Shown here: one piece after another, positions 8,797-18,407 of the stretch
How positions within the stretch are numbered: position 1 is the stretch's first letter
How the letters are laid out: each line of letters starts with the position of its first letter
NCBI GenBank assembly: GCA_003599295.1
Contig: QZJK01000009.1
Location: 1-55,898, forward strand
Origin: Candidatus Parcubacteria bacterium
GTDB lineage: Bacteria > Patescibacteriota > Minisyncoccia > Phycocordibacterales > UBA2100
DNA length: 55,898 nt
Direction: 5' to 3'
Made by a program: the position numbers and the translations under genes
Notes under the pieces: model-generated
Told to the model about the DNA's origin: nothing
The model's database searches: none
The model's input: the letters and a program-made list of their open reading frames with translations, nothing else

Positions 8797-10767
8797 ATGC
8801 GAGTCCTTTCCATCTCCACCGACTGGAACGTATTCAATGAAGACAGCGTTGTCGCGAGGCGACAGCGTATGCAGGCTGCGACCGTTGAGCGGCTTGAGGT
8901 GTTCGTTCCGCACGGGCCGGCGCGGATTGTTCGTCTTGCACCGAACGCGACCATGCGCGGTTTCGGCATGGGAAAAGTGCTCGGAGCTTTGCGCACGCTC
9001 ATTGCAGCGCTAGCAGTCCCGCGCCCTGACGTTGTATCTGCGCAAGACCCTTTCCTCATCGGACTGCTTGCATGGGTTATCGCGCGTCTGCGCGGCGCAC
9101 GACTCCACGTGCAAGTCCATACGGACCTTTTCAATCCGGCATTTGCCGCGCACTCGCGCGCGAACCGGCTGCGGACATATATCGCGCGTTTCGTACTGCG
9201 GCGTGCTGACGGTGTTCGGACCGTATCGGCGCGCATCAAGGAATCGCTGGCGGGTCTCAATCTTCGTGTTCCGGTCTCAGTACTACCGGTCTTCGTCGAT
9301 GCGGAGGCGGTCGCACGCGCGGAGAGCATAGATGCGAGAAAAGAGTATCCGGATTTCAAGAAACTTATCATTATCATTGCAAGACTCGAGCCGGAGAAGA
9401 ACGTCGCGGATGCTATACATGCGATGCCGGACATCCTTAAAGCGCAGGAAGGGGCCGGCATGGTCGTCGTCGGCGATGGTGCGCAAATGGAAACTCTTAA
9501 AGCGCTTGCTCGGGAACTTGGCGTCGAAAAACGTGTTGTGTTTGCAGGTGCGCGAAACCCGTATTCCTACTACAAAGCGGCAGACGTGCTTCTTTCTACG
9601 TCCGATTACGAAGGATACGGCATGGTCATCGTCGAAGCGCTTTCGGCGGGTTGCCCCGTCGTTTCCTACGATGTCGGAGTCGCAAGCGAAGCAGGCGCCA
9701 TTCTCGCGGGGAAAGAAACGCTGGCAAAGACTGCCATAGCCATCCTCTCGGAGGGGAAACGCGGCTCCCTTGCCTTCACACTTCCTTCGGAGGCCGAGTA
9801 CCGCGACATGTGGCGCGCGGAGATCGGTGCCGCGCTTGCAGGCGCTCTTGCCGGAGCTCCGGAACGCGCGGCGCCCTCGAAAAAACTCCTCGTCGGGTAC
9901 GTGGGACAGGGCTTTATCGGAAAGAATTACGCCGACGATATGGAGCGGCGCGGATTCAGCGTCATCCGCTACGCACTTGAGGAGCCCTACCGTGCGAACA
10001 AAGAGAAGATATGCGATTGTGACATCGTGTTCATCGCAGTGCCGACGCCGACGACGCCGGAGAAATTCGATGATTCCATCGTGCGCGCCGCACTCTCGCT
10101 TGTGGGGAAAGGAAAAACGGCGGTCATAAAATCGACGCTGTTGCCGCATACCACGGAGCGCCTCCAGAAAGATTTTTCCGACATCTTCGTGATGCATAGC
10201 CCTGAATTCCTGCGGGAAGCGACTGCGGCGTACGATGCATCGCATCCCGACAGGAACATCATCGGCATTCCCGAAGACACCGACTCGTTCAGGGAGCGCG
10301 CGAAAGAGGTGCTGCGCATCCTTCCGCAAGCGCCGTTCGAGCTTGTTTCTTCTTCGCTTGAAGCAGAACTCGTTAAATATGCCGGGAACAGCTGGCTCTA
10401 TGTGAAAGTCATCTACGTGAACATGCTCTATGACCTTGCACAGGCGCTTGGAGCCCGCTACGAGGTCGTGCGCGATGCGCTTGCCGCAGACCCGCGCATC
10501 GGAAGAAGCCACCTCGATCCGGTGCACCAGAGCGGACACGGCGGCCCCCCGGGGCGCGGTGCCGGCGGCCACTGTCTCATTAAGGATTTCGAGGCCCTGC
10601 GGCGCTTGTATATAGACAAAGTTCCCGACGAGTATGGCGCAGGGGTTTTCGATACCATCGCCGCGAAGAACATCGACCTTCTGCTTTCAAGCGAAAAGGA
10701 TATCGAGCTTCTCAAAGGCGTCTATGGAGAGGATGTCGAGAAAGCAAAAAAGGACCTCCTTTCTTAG
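8797..10767 (+). CDS. fusion protein: GT4 glycosyltransferase (N) + short UDP-glucose/GDP-mannose dehydrogenase-family domain (C)
   Basis: The N-terminal half has STSDYEGYGMVIVEALSAGCPVV. After an Ala-rich linker come VGYVGQGFIGKNY (Rossmann), VFIAVPTPT, SPEFLREA and the catalytic-Cys motif GGHCLIKD. The third (UDP-binding) domain is absent. The frame is continuous. Confidence 0.75.
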   Translation: MRVLSISTDWNVFNEDSVVARRQRMQAATVERLEVFVPHGPARIVRLAPNATMRGFGMGKVLGALRTLIAALAVPRPDVVSAQDPFLIGLLAWVIARLRGARLHVQVHTDLFNPAFAAHSRANRLRTYIARFVLRRADGVRTVSARIKESLAGLNLRVPVSVLPVFVDAEAVARAESIDARKEYPDFKKLIIIIARLEPEKNVADAIHAMPDILKAQEGAGMVVVGDGAQMETLKALARELGVEKRVVFAGARNPYSYYKAADVLLSTSDYEGYGMVIVEALSAGCPVVSYDVGVASEAGAILAGKETLAKTAIAILSEGKRGSLAFTLPSEAEYRDMWRAEIGAALAGALAGAPERAAPSKKLLVGYVGQGFIGKNYADDMERRGFSVIRYALEEPYRANKEKICDCDIVFIAVPTPTTPEKFDDSIVRAALSLVGKGKTAVIKSTLLPHTTERLQKDFSDIFVMHSPEFLREATAAYDASHPDRNIIGIPEDTDSFRERAKEVLRILPQAPFELVSSSLEAELVKYAGNSWLYVKVIYVNMLYDLAQALGARYEVVRDALAADPRIGRSHLDPVHQSGHGGPPGRGAGGHCLIKDFEALRRLYIDKVPDEYGAGVFDTIAAKNIDLLLSSEKDIELLKGVYGEDVEKAKKDLLS

Positions 10768-10768
10768 C

Positions 10769-11722
10769 ATGCGACTTCTCATCTGCACGCAATCGGTGGA
10801 CAAGAACGATCCAGCGTTAGGTTTTTTTCACCGATGGATAGAAGAGTTCGCGAAGCGGTGCGAGCAGGTCATCGTCGTGTGTCTTCGGAAAGGGGAATAC
10901 GCGCTGCCCGCGAATGTTGAAGTAATCACGCTCGGCGAGCGTAACCGTGCCCTGCGCGCGGTCGAGCTCTGTGCAATTTCGTGGGGGCGGCGCCGTGAAT
11001 ATGACGCAGTCTTTGCACACATGAGCCCCGAGTTCGTCGTGGTGTCGGGCTGGCTCTGGCGGCTCCTCCGAAAAAAAGTGGGACTGTGGTACGTGCACAA
11101 GAGCGTGACACTCTGGCTACGGCTTGCCATTCCGTTTGTGCACCGTGTTTTTACGGCCTCTCAAGAAAGTCTCCGAGTCAATACGCCGAAACGCACGATT
11201 ACGGGCCACGGCATTGACACCGATTTTTTCATGCCGGACCCTGCTGTTCCCCGAGGAAATCACTTGCTTTCCGCGGGACGCCTTGATAAAAGCAAAAATC
11301 ACACGCTCATCATACAGGCTGCAAAGAAAGCCGGGCTTTCGCTTCGCATTGCCGGCGAAGGGCCGGAAAAGGAGGCGCTTGCTATGATAGCCAAGGAAAT
11401 AGGTGCCAATGTTGAATTTCTCGGAGGATTAACACAGACGGAACTTCTGGACGAGTATCGCAGGGCGGCGCATTTTGTCCACGCTAGTACGACTGGCGGC
11501 ATGGACAAGGTTGTTCTCGAGGCGGCGGCATGTGACTGCGATGTGATCACTACTGTAGACTGGCTGCATACGTATTTCCCCGTACATTCTGTCGACCCGA
11601 CTCCTGAAGCGATAGCGCATGCGGCTCTTGAGAATGCGCGGGAAAGTGCCGATCGGGTCAGCATCATACGCGCGCACCATTCACTCCACGCACTCATCCC
11701 TAAAATTCTTGCATTCTACTAA
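10769..11722 (+). CDS. glycosyltransferase (GT-B/GT4-like)
   Basis: MRLLICTQSVDKNDPALGFFHRWIEEF... with a C-terminal ...HASTTGGMDKVVLEAAACDCDVI motif. The ATG lies 1 nt after the upstream TAG, and the ORF-track extension from 10634 overlaps the previous gene. Confidence 0.7.
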   Translation: MRLLICTQSVDKNDPALGFFHRWIEEFAKRCEQVIVVCLRKGEYALPANVEVITLGERNRALRAVELCAISWGRRREYDAVFAHMSPEFVVVSGWLWRLLRKKVGLWYVHKSVTLWLRLAIPFVHRVFTASQESLRVNTPKRTITGHGIDTDFFMPDPAVPRGNHLLSAGRLDKSKNHTLIIQAAKKAGLSLRIAGEGPEKEALAMIAKEIGANVEFLGGLTQTELLDEYRRAAHFVHASTTGGMDKVVLEAAACDCDVITTVDWLHTYFPVHSVDPTPEAIAHAALENARESADRVSIIRAHHSLHALIPKILAFY

Positions 11723-11899
11723 GGACTCGTTGAAAAATAACTTCCAATCTTATGCCCGCTGCATCTCCGACTACAGCCGCTCCTCAATCACAAAATCTCT
11801 CAACGTACCTCGGGTACGCTTCAAGATTTTGTTCAATCGGAGCGCCCGTATTCGGAGCGCATTGAACATAATCTTAGGAACTTATTTTTCAACGAATCC
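11723..11899. repeat. 177-nt structured element bounded by 23-nt terminal inverted repeats (MITE-like or leader RNA)
   Basis: Arms GGACTCGTTGAAAAATAACTTCC (11723-11745) and GGAACTTATTTTTCAACGAATCC (11877-11899) are reverse complements at 21 of 23 positions. Nested hairpins lie at 11790-11832 and 11831-11867. The element fills the whole gap between a GT gene and asnB. Confidence 0.7.
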
Positions 11900-11905
11900 T
11901 AACCT

Positions 11906-13738
11906 ATGTGCGGCATAAACGGCGTTACGGGAAAAAACGAGGAACTGGTACAGCGCATGAACGAGGCGACGCGCCACCGCGGGCCCGACGCAACGGCAAC
12001 CTGGAGTGATGGACATATGACCTTGGGCGCGAACAGGCTCGCTATCATTGACCTCTCGAAAGAGGCGAATCAGCCGATGCGGAGCGAGGGCGGCCGCTAC
12101 ACGATCGTTTTCAACGGAGAGATTTATAACTACCGCGAACTGCGACGCGAACTTGAAGAGTCGTATCCTTTTAAAACAAAGAGTGATACGGAAGTGATCG
12201 CGGCACTCTTTGCGAAAGAGGGAGCCGCCGCGTTTTCCCGGTTACAGGGCATGTTTGCGATCGCGATATGGGATACTGTTCTGAAACAATTGACGCTCGC
12301 GCGTGATCACTCTGGGATCAAACCTCTGTATTATCGGCATACGGGCGATACGTTTGCTTTTTCATCTGAAATAAAAGGGCTTCTGGCCGACGCGCGTATC
12401 TCGCGAAAGATTGATCGGCACGCACTTCTCTCCTACCTGCGCCTTCGCTATGTGCAGGGGCCCTTGACCATGATAGAGGGGCTTTCAAAGCTCCCGCCTG
12501 CATGCTTCGCCGTGTTCAGCGGCGAGACGCTTAAAATTCAACGTTATTTCGAAGTCCCGCTCCGGCCGCTGTCGATGACAAACTATTGCGAAGCGGAAGA
12601 AGAAGTGCGCACACTCATCGACGCTTCGGTAAAAAAGCAGCTTATTTCCGACCGTCCTTTGGGCGTGTTTCTCTCCGGAGGTCTTGATTCAAGTGTTGTT
12701 CTCGATGCGGCAACGAAGGCGGGTGGCACCATGAAAACATTTTCTCTTGGATTTCAGCTAGGGCGAAATGAAGAGCCGGAGAAATTTAATGCGGATGCAG
12801 TTCTGGCTCGAATGACCGCAGAATACTACGGTGCGGAACATCATGAGCTGATGCTTTCTGAGCAGGAGTTCGTCCGGCTTTTGCCGGAGGCCATACACTA
12901 TCTTGACCAGCCCCTCGCGAATGCAACGGCGGTTGCGCAATATGCGCTCGCGAAAGAAGCGCGCAAAAAAATAGTAGTTGCCCTGCAGGGTGATGGAGGA
13001 GACGAGCTTTTTGGGGGATACCCGCGTTACCGGCTGAATCACTTCATGGATTTGTACCAGACACTTCCGGCGTTTGTCCGTGCTCCTCTTTCCGCGCTTC
13101 ATCCGAAACTGGAGAAACTGAATACGCCGCGGGGGATTCCGCGTATCGAGCTTTTTCACTTTGAAAAAGATTCGCAGCTTGCGCGCGCCGTCGCGTCGGA
13201 ATTTATTTCTTCCGAACCCGCGCGGCGGTTTGACGAGCAGTATCTGCATGGCCGCGACGAAGCCGATTCTACTCAACTTCTTATGGATGTGGATCGTAAA
13301 GCGTGGCTCGTGGATGAGGCGTTGGCGCGAACCGACACCATGACAATGGGAGCTTCGCTAGAGAGCCGCGTGCCGCTACTTGATCCGGAGATCATTCTCT
13401 TTGCGTCGCGCCTGCCGACGGAGCTTCGCGTCGGATATTCTGCGAACAAAAAACTGTTACGAGCGGCGTTCAAAGAGCGTCTTCCTGCGCATGTCCTTTC
13501 TGAAAAGAAGCGCGGCTTTTTCTCGCCGACCGCAAAGTGGTTACGCAGGCCGGCTCTTCTCTCGCTCGCGCGTGAGGTACTCTCGCGGGGCTACCATGAA
13601 CCGACTGACCAGTTGCTGGGTACCAATGTCCTCACACTTCTTGACGAGCATGTAACAAAGGGCAGATATGCTATGACGACATTGTGGGCACTCGTGACAC
13701 TTCGGATATGGGCGAGAACCTTCGATGCACGTCTATGA
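11906..13738 (+). CDS. asnB: asparagine synthase (glutamine-hydrolysing)-type amidotransferase
   Basis: N-terminal MCGI nucleophile, RGPD, and the SGGLDSS pyrophosphatase loop. 610 aa. Confidence 0.9.
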   Translation: MCGINGVTGKNEELVQRMNEATRHRGPDATATWSDGHMTLGANRLAIIDLSKEANQPMRSEGGRYTIVFNGEIYNYRELRRELEESYPFKTKSDTEVIAALFAKEGAAAFSRLQGMFAIAIWDTVLKQLTLARDHSGIKPLYYRHTGDTFAFSSEIKGLLADARISRKIDRHALLSYLRLRYVQGPLTMIEGLSKLPPACFAVFSGETLKIQRYFEVPLRPLSMTNYCEAEEEVRTLIDASVKKQLISDRPLGVFLSGGLDSSVVLDAATKAGGTMKTFSLGFQLGRNEEPEKFNADAVLARMTAEYYGAEHHELMLSEQEFVRLLPEAIHYLDQPLANATAVAQYALAKEARKKIVVALQGDGGDELFGGYPRYRLNHFMDLYQTLPAFVRAPLSALHPKLEKLNTPRGIPRIELFHFEKDSQLARAVASEFISSEPARRFDEQYLHGRDEADSTQLLMDVDRKAWLVDEALARTDTMTMGASLESRVPLLDPEIILFASRLPTELRVGYSANKKLLRAAFKERLPAHVLSEKKRGFFSPTAKWLRRPALLSLAREVLSRGYHEPTDQLLGTNVLTLLDEHVTKGRYAMTTLWALVTLRIWARTFDARL

Positions 13739-14847
13739 AGATTGTCTACATCGCAAATATCAGGTTCCCGACGGAGCGTGCGCATGGCGCACAAATTGCA
13801 AAGACATGCGAAGCGTTTGTACAACACGGTAGCGAGGTTTCTCTGTGGGTGCCGCGGCGTCATACAAACATTTCCGGAGACCCCGTATCGTTTTACGGGC
13901 TACGAGCACGTTTCCCGGTGCAGAGACTGTTCACGATCGACAGCGTCGCGCGGGGACGATGGGGTTTCTTTCTTGAATCAATCCTCTTCGCAGTATCGGT
14001 GTTGTTGAAAGCGAGGCGGATGAAGGCCGATGTCTTCTACTGCCGTGACGAAATGGTCGTCGCGATATTGTGTCTCTTTGGCGCACCGCTCGTGTGGGAA
14101 TCTCATACGGGCGCATGGGGATTATTCGGAAGTTTTGCGGCGCGGCGCGCGCGCCGTATGGTCGTCATATCACATGGTCTCAAAACGTTTTATGTTGAAA
14201 AGGGAATTGCCGCGTCCAGGATACTTGTTGCTCCTGATGGTGTCGACCTCGACGCTTTCAAAGTTCGGAGTTCGAAAGAGTCGGCACGTACGCGTCTCGG
14301 CCTTCCACACGACGCGAAGATCGCATTGTACGTGGGGAGCATCGGAAGCACGAAGGGTACGGACGTTGTCTTTACAGCAGCCGAACTTTTGCCGCGGGAG
14401 GTGACGATGGTCATCATTGGTGAGGGAGAGGAAAAACTCGAGACTCTTAGAAAGCACTTTCCGCATATGTTGTTCGTCGGCGCTCGACCGTATCGTGAAC
14501 TCGCGGACAATCTTGCAGTCGCAGATGTGCTAGTCTTGCCTAGTACGGCGCAGAACATCGTCTCAGCGCGTTTTACCTCTCCGCTAAAGCTGTTCGCGTA
14601 CATGGCCTCGCACGTGCCGATTGTGGCATCGGACGTTCCGAGTATTCGCGAAATACTGGACGACGAGACTGCGTTTTGGTTCCGCGCGGACGATCCCGCT
14701 CAACTCGCGTCAGTCATCCGGCGCGTGTTTGAGGAAGGGGAGCGTGCGGCTCAAAAAGGACTGCATGCATCGCAAAAGGTTCATCAGTACGCCTGGGGAT
14801 TGCGGGCGAAGAAGATAATTGACTTTTTGTCGACTGACGTTTCTTAA
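13735..14847 (+). CDS. glycosyltransferase, GT4 family
   Basis: MKIVYIANIRFPTERAHGAQI N-terminus. ATGA overlap with the asnB stop. Confidence 0.8.
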   Translation: MKIVYIANIRFPTERAHGAQIAKTCEAFVQHGSEVSLWVPRRHTNISGDPVSFYGLRARFPVQRLFTIDSVARGRWGFFLESILFAVSVLLKARRMKADVFYCRDEMVVAILCLFGAPLVWESHTGAWGLFGSFAARRARRMVVISHGLKTFYVEKGIAASRILVAPDGVDLDAFKVRSSKESARTRLGLPHDAKIALYVGSIGSTKGTDVVFTAAELLPREVTMVIIGEGEEKLETLRKHFPHMLFVGARPYRELADNLAVADVLVLPSTAQNIVSARFTSPLKLFAYMASHVPIVASDVPSIREILDDETAFWFRADDPAQLASVIRRVFEEGERAAQKGLHASQKVHQYAWGLRAKKIIDFLSTDVS

Positions 14848-14863
14848 CGCATACTAGAACACT

Positions 14864-15955
14864 ATGAGAATAGGATATATCGCCGAGCCGTACGAGGAAC
14901 AGGGCGCTTCGGGCATGGGGTATGTTGTGCACGAAACCATGCGTCATATGCTGGTCGAAGGACGCGGCACACATACGTTCGTTTTCTACTCGTCGACGCC
15001 GATCAACCGATCTTTTATTGAGGGCGAGTACGAGAATGTGCGTATGCCAAAGGGATTCATACGTCAATTCATTTGGTTCCTCACGCATCGACTCCGCGTG
15101 GACGTATTGTTTTTCATGGTGCCGCTCCTGCCGCTCCTGATACGAAAGGGCACAAAAACAATACCGATATTGCAAGAACTCGAGGGCAAAGATGTCCTCT
15201 CTTCGATGAGTCTCCGAACAAAAATCGTGGAGTTTACACATGATCGTATACTGCTGCCGCTGACATTACGTCGTGCTGCGTGTAGTATCGTTCCATCGAA
15301 TGCGACAAAAAAGGAGGTACTGGCGGCGTATCGCATACCTCAAGAGCGGCTTTCTGTCATTCCCAATGGGTTCCAAAATCTGGAAAATGTGCAGAGCATT
15401 CCTCCCGCACCTTCCCTCAAGCCGTATTTTTTCTTCGCGGGCCGCGTAAAGTTCCGTAAGAATGTACACGGCATTGTCGCCGCGTTCATTGCTTTTAAGC
15501 AACGGACACACGCGCCGGTCCAATTAGTCATCGCCGGCCCGCACGGCGGGGCATATTTTCGCGAGCTTCAGGAAAAATTAGCACAAGCAGGGCTTACCAA
15601 TGATGCTCACTTTCTCGGGTATGTCAGTACTGAAGAGTTGCGGGGCCTGTTCGAAAACGCGCTCGCGTGCGTTTTTCCCTCATTGCACGAGGGTTTTGGT
15701 ATGCCTATACTGGAAGCGATGAGTCTCGGGGTTCCTGTCATTACGTCCTCGGTCTCTTCAACGGCTGAAGTTGGAGCTGATGCGGCGTTATTGGTCTCGC
15801 CGACGGATACGCACGCGATCAGTGAGGCAATGGAGAAGATACATACTGATCCGGCGCTTCGGGTGACACTCATAAAGAAAGGCCTCGAACGCGCACGATT
15901 ATTCTCTTGGTCGAGGGCGGCACGAGAGTATCTTGCCTTGGCTACTACCGTATGA
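14864..15955 (+). CDS. glycosyltransferase, GT4 family
   Basis: FPSLHEGFGMPILEAMSLGVPVITS (E-x7-E) motif. Confidence 0.85.
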   Translation: MRIGYIAEPYEEQGASGMGYVVHETMRHMLVEGRGTHTFVFYSSTPINRSFIEGEYENVRMPKGFIRQFIWFLTHRLRVDVLFFMVPLLPLLIRKGTKTIPILQELEGKDVLSSMSLRTKIVEFTHDRILLPLTLRRAACSIVPSNATKKEVLAAYRIPQERLSVIPNGFQNLENVQSIPPAPSLKPYFFFAGRVKFRKNVHGIVAAFIAFKQRTHAPVQLVIAGPHGGAYFRELQEKLAQAGLTNDAHFLGYVSTEELRGLFENALACVFPSLHEGFGMPILEAMSLGVPVITSSVSSTAEVGADAALLVSPTDTHAISEAMEKIHTDPALRVTLIKKGLERARLFSWSRAAREYLALATTV

Positions 15956-16015
15956 ATCCCAGCAATTGTCACGGTTGTTACCAAGGGTAAGTTGTGAGAT
16001 TATCACGGTCATTCC

Positions 16016-17323
16016 ATGAAGATCAACACCGTTTGTGTAATAGGTTTAGGCTATGTGGGGCTCACATTGGCCACAATTTTGGCGAAAAACGGCTTTGAGG
16101 TATTTGGAATAGAAAAAGATAAAAAAAAATTAAGTCTTCTTAAAAAAAGGAAGCCCCACTTCCATGAAGTGGGATTGGCTGAATTATTAAAAAAAACTGA
16201 GGGTAAGCAGCTGCACCTTCTACAGAACATTCCAAGTAATAAAAGAATGGATTGTTTCATTATTGCAGTTTCAACGCCTGTTGACGAGATAACAAAAGAG
16301 CCGAAGATCGATTCTATTATCGCAGCAACGGAGGAGATTGCGCCCTACGTAACCTCGGGTCAGCTGGTAGTATTGAGAAGCACTATTCCAGTGGGAGCAA
16401 CCAGAAAAATCGTGTTGCCGATTTTGAAAAAAAGATCAGAGCACTTTCTCCTAAGTTTTTGTCCGGAGAGGACGGCCGAAGGTAAGGCTTTGGAAGAGTT
16501 AAAAACATTGCCACAAGTAGTGGGTGGTTTAGATCAGGCCAGCACAGACGCTTCTGTGGAACTATTTTCTAAAATCAGCCCCCTAATCGTCGGGGTTAAT
16601 TCATTGGAAGCGGCGGAAATTGTAAAATTAGTGAACAATAGTTATCGGGATTTAGTGTTCGCGTACGCCAACCAAGTAGCCTTTATATGCAAGAGCTTGG
16701 GTCTGAACGCCAAAGAGGTGATTGACGCCGCAAATTTGGGCTATCCAAGGAGCGATGTTAAGTCGCCAGGAGTCGTGGGAGGGTTTTGCTTGGAAAAAGA
16801 TCCTCACATTTTAATGAAATCTGCCAAACACGATGTTTCTTTGATAAAAGCCGCCAAAGAATTGAACGAAAGCGTTGCGGGTCACATTTTGCAAGCAGTA
16901 CAGCGACACCTCAAAGCATGGGGCAAGGATCCAATGACGTCCAGAGTATTTATGTGCGGTTTTGCATTTAAGGGTGAACCGGAAACGGATGATGTGCGTT
17001 CAAGTCAAGCTATAAAGCTATTGAAATTATTGAAAGACAACGGTTTTTCTACTATATATGGTCATGACCCCGTTGTCACAAAAAAACTCCTCAGGGGTTT
17101 GGGAATTCGACCAGTTTCCATCGGAGCCGGTTTTAAAGATGCCGATGTGGCAATATTTATGAATAATCACAAATCATATTCAGGACTCAAAATAGAGCCA
17201 TTGAGTAAAAAGATGAGAAAGGGAGGCCTTGTTTTCGACGGTTGGCACATGTTTTATGATCAACTTTGGGATAGTAATTATGTAAAGTACGAATCGCTTG
17301 GATTTTCGAGTAAAAAAAGATGA
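16016..17323 (+). CDS. nucleotide-sugar 6-dehydrogenase (UDP-ManNAc/UDP-GlcNAc/UDP-Glc dehydrogenase family, full length)
   Basis: VIGLGYVGLTLA Rossmann motif, FCPERTAEG, and the catalytic GGFCLEKD. The third domain is present. The gene is visibly AT-richer than its neighbours. Confidence 0.85.
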   Translation: MKINTVCVIGLGYVGLTLATILAKNGFEVFGIEKDKKKLSLLKKRKPHFHEVGLAELLKKTEGKQLHLLQNIPSNKRMDCFIIAVSTPVDEITKEPKIDSIIAATEEIAPYVTSGQLVVLRSTIPVGATRKIVLPILKKRSEHFLLSFCPERTAEGKALEELKTLPQVVGGLDQASTDASVELFSKISPLIVGVNSLEAAEIVKLVNNSYRDLVFAYANQVAFICKSLGLNAKEVIDAANLGYPRSDVKSPGVVGGFCLEKDPHILMKSAKHDVSLIKAAKELNESVAGHILQAVQRHLKAWGKDPMTSRVFMCGFAFKGEPETDDVRSSQAIKLLKLLKDNGFSTIYGHDPVVTKKLLRGLGIRPVSIGAGFKDADVAIFMNNHKSYSGLKIEPLSKKMRKGGLVFDGWHMFYDQLWDSNYVKYESLGFSSKKR

Positions 17324-18339
17324 GCCAGTTGGATTTTAAAAACGGAAAAGTCTTGATTACAGGCGGAGCAGGGTATGTCGGCTGCAGGCTGGCCTTGATG
17401 TTGCATGGAAAAGGCTACAGGGTCACGGTTGTTGACAAGGTCACTCCCAAAGAGCGAGGTATAACTTTTCCCGCCGCTATTGAATTCAAGCACGGTGACT
17501 TGCGCGACGCGCACATTGCTAAGGAAGCGGTTAGTGGTATTGATACCATCGTGCATCTTGCTGCTAATATCGGTTCATTAACCTATATGCATAACCACCA
17601 GGCGGAAATTTTACAGGAAAATTCGGCTATTGACGCCACGTTATACCCAGCCGCTGTGGAGGCTTGTGTAAAAAGAATTATCTACTCCTCTAGCTCGATG
17701 GTGTTCCAGCGCGCACTTAAGTTTCCATATGTAGAAAAAGATTTATCAGAGGTGTTGTTACCAACCAATGTGTATGGTATGTCAAAATTGGTTGGAGAGT
17801 ATTTTTGTTGCGCTTACTTTGAGCAATTCAAGTTACCCTACGTGATTTTGCGTTACCACAACATTTATGGCCCAGGGGAAGATTCAAAAGGGGAAGGCCC
17901 CGGCGATTTGCATGTTATTCCTGCTTTAATAGAAAAGGTTGTCAACGGGCAGTATCCTCTAGAGATTTTAGGAGATTTGCACGCTACTCGCCCGTTTACG
18001 TACGTTGATGACGCCGTGTTGGCGACCTTTATGATTTTCGAAAAAGCGTTTGCGGACGATCCTAACGTGATAAACAACGATTTTAATATCGGTCCAAAAG
18101 AAGCCACGAAAATTCTGAATTTGGCCCAATTAATTTGGGAACTTTTAGGCGATGGACGTCCTTTCCAATATAGTACGAAGGATACCAAAGCAATTACTGC
18201 CATTCGCCGGGAAGTGGATCCACGAAAAATCAGTTCGGTGATAGGGTGGCAGCCAAAAGTAAGCTTGAAAGACGGAATTTTAAAAACCGCCGAGTGGATA
18301 AAATCTCGGAAAGACAAGCCGCGCTCTGTCCTGAGTTAG
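17320..18339 (+). CDS. NAD-dependent nucleotide-sugar epimerase/dehydratase
   Basis: ITGGAGYVGCRL and YGMSK (YxxxK) motifs. ATGA overlap with the upstream dehydrogenase. AT-richer composition. Confidence 0.8.
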   Translation: MSQLDFKNGKVLITGGAGYVGCRLALMLHGKGYRVTVVDKVTPKERGITFPAAIEFKHGDLRDAHIAKEAVSGIDTIVHLAANIGSLTYMHNHQAEILQENSAIDATLYPAAVEACVKRIIYSSSSMVFQRALKFPYVEKDLSEVLLPTNVYGMSKLVGEYFCCAYFEQFKLPYVILRYHNIYGPGEDSKGEGPGDLHVIPALIEKVVNGQYPLEILGDLHATRPFTYVDDAVLATFMIFEKAFADDPNVINNDFNIGPKEATKILNLAQLIWELLGDGRPFQYSTKDTKAITAIRREVDPRKISSVIGWQPKVSLKDGILKTAEWIKSRKDKPRSVLS

Positions 18340-18407
18340 AATGTATGCGCCAACCAAGCATGTGAGAGTGAAATTCTCGCATCTCAAAAGCACTGTGCAA
18401 AACAAGT

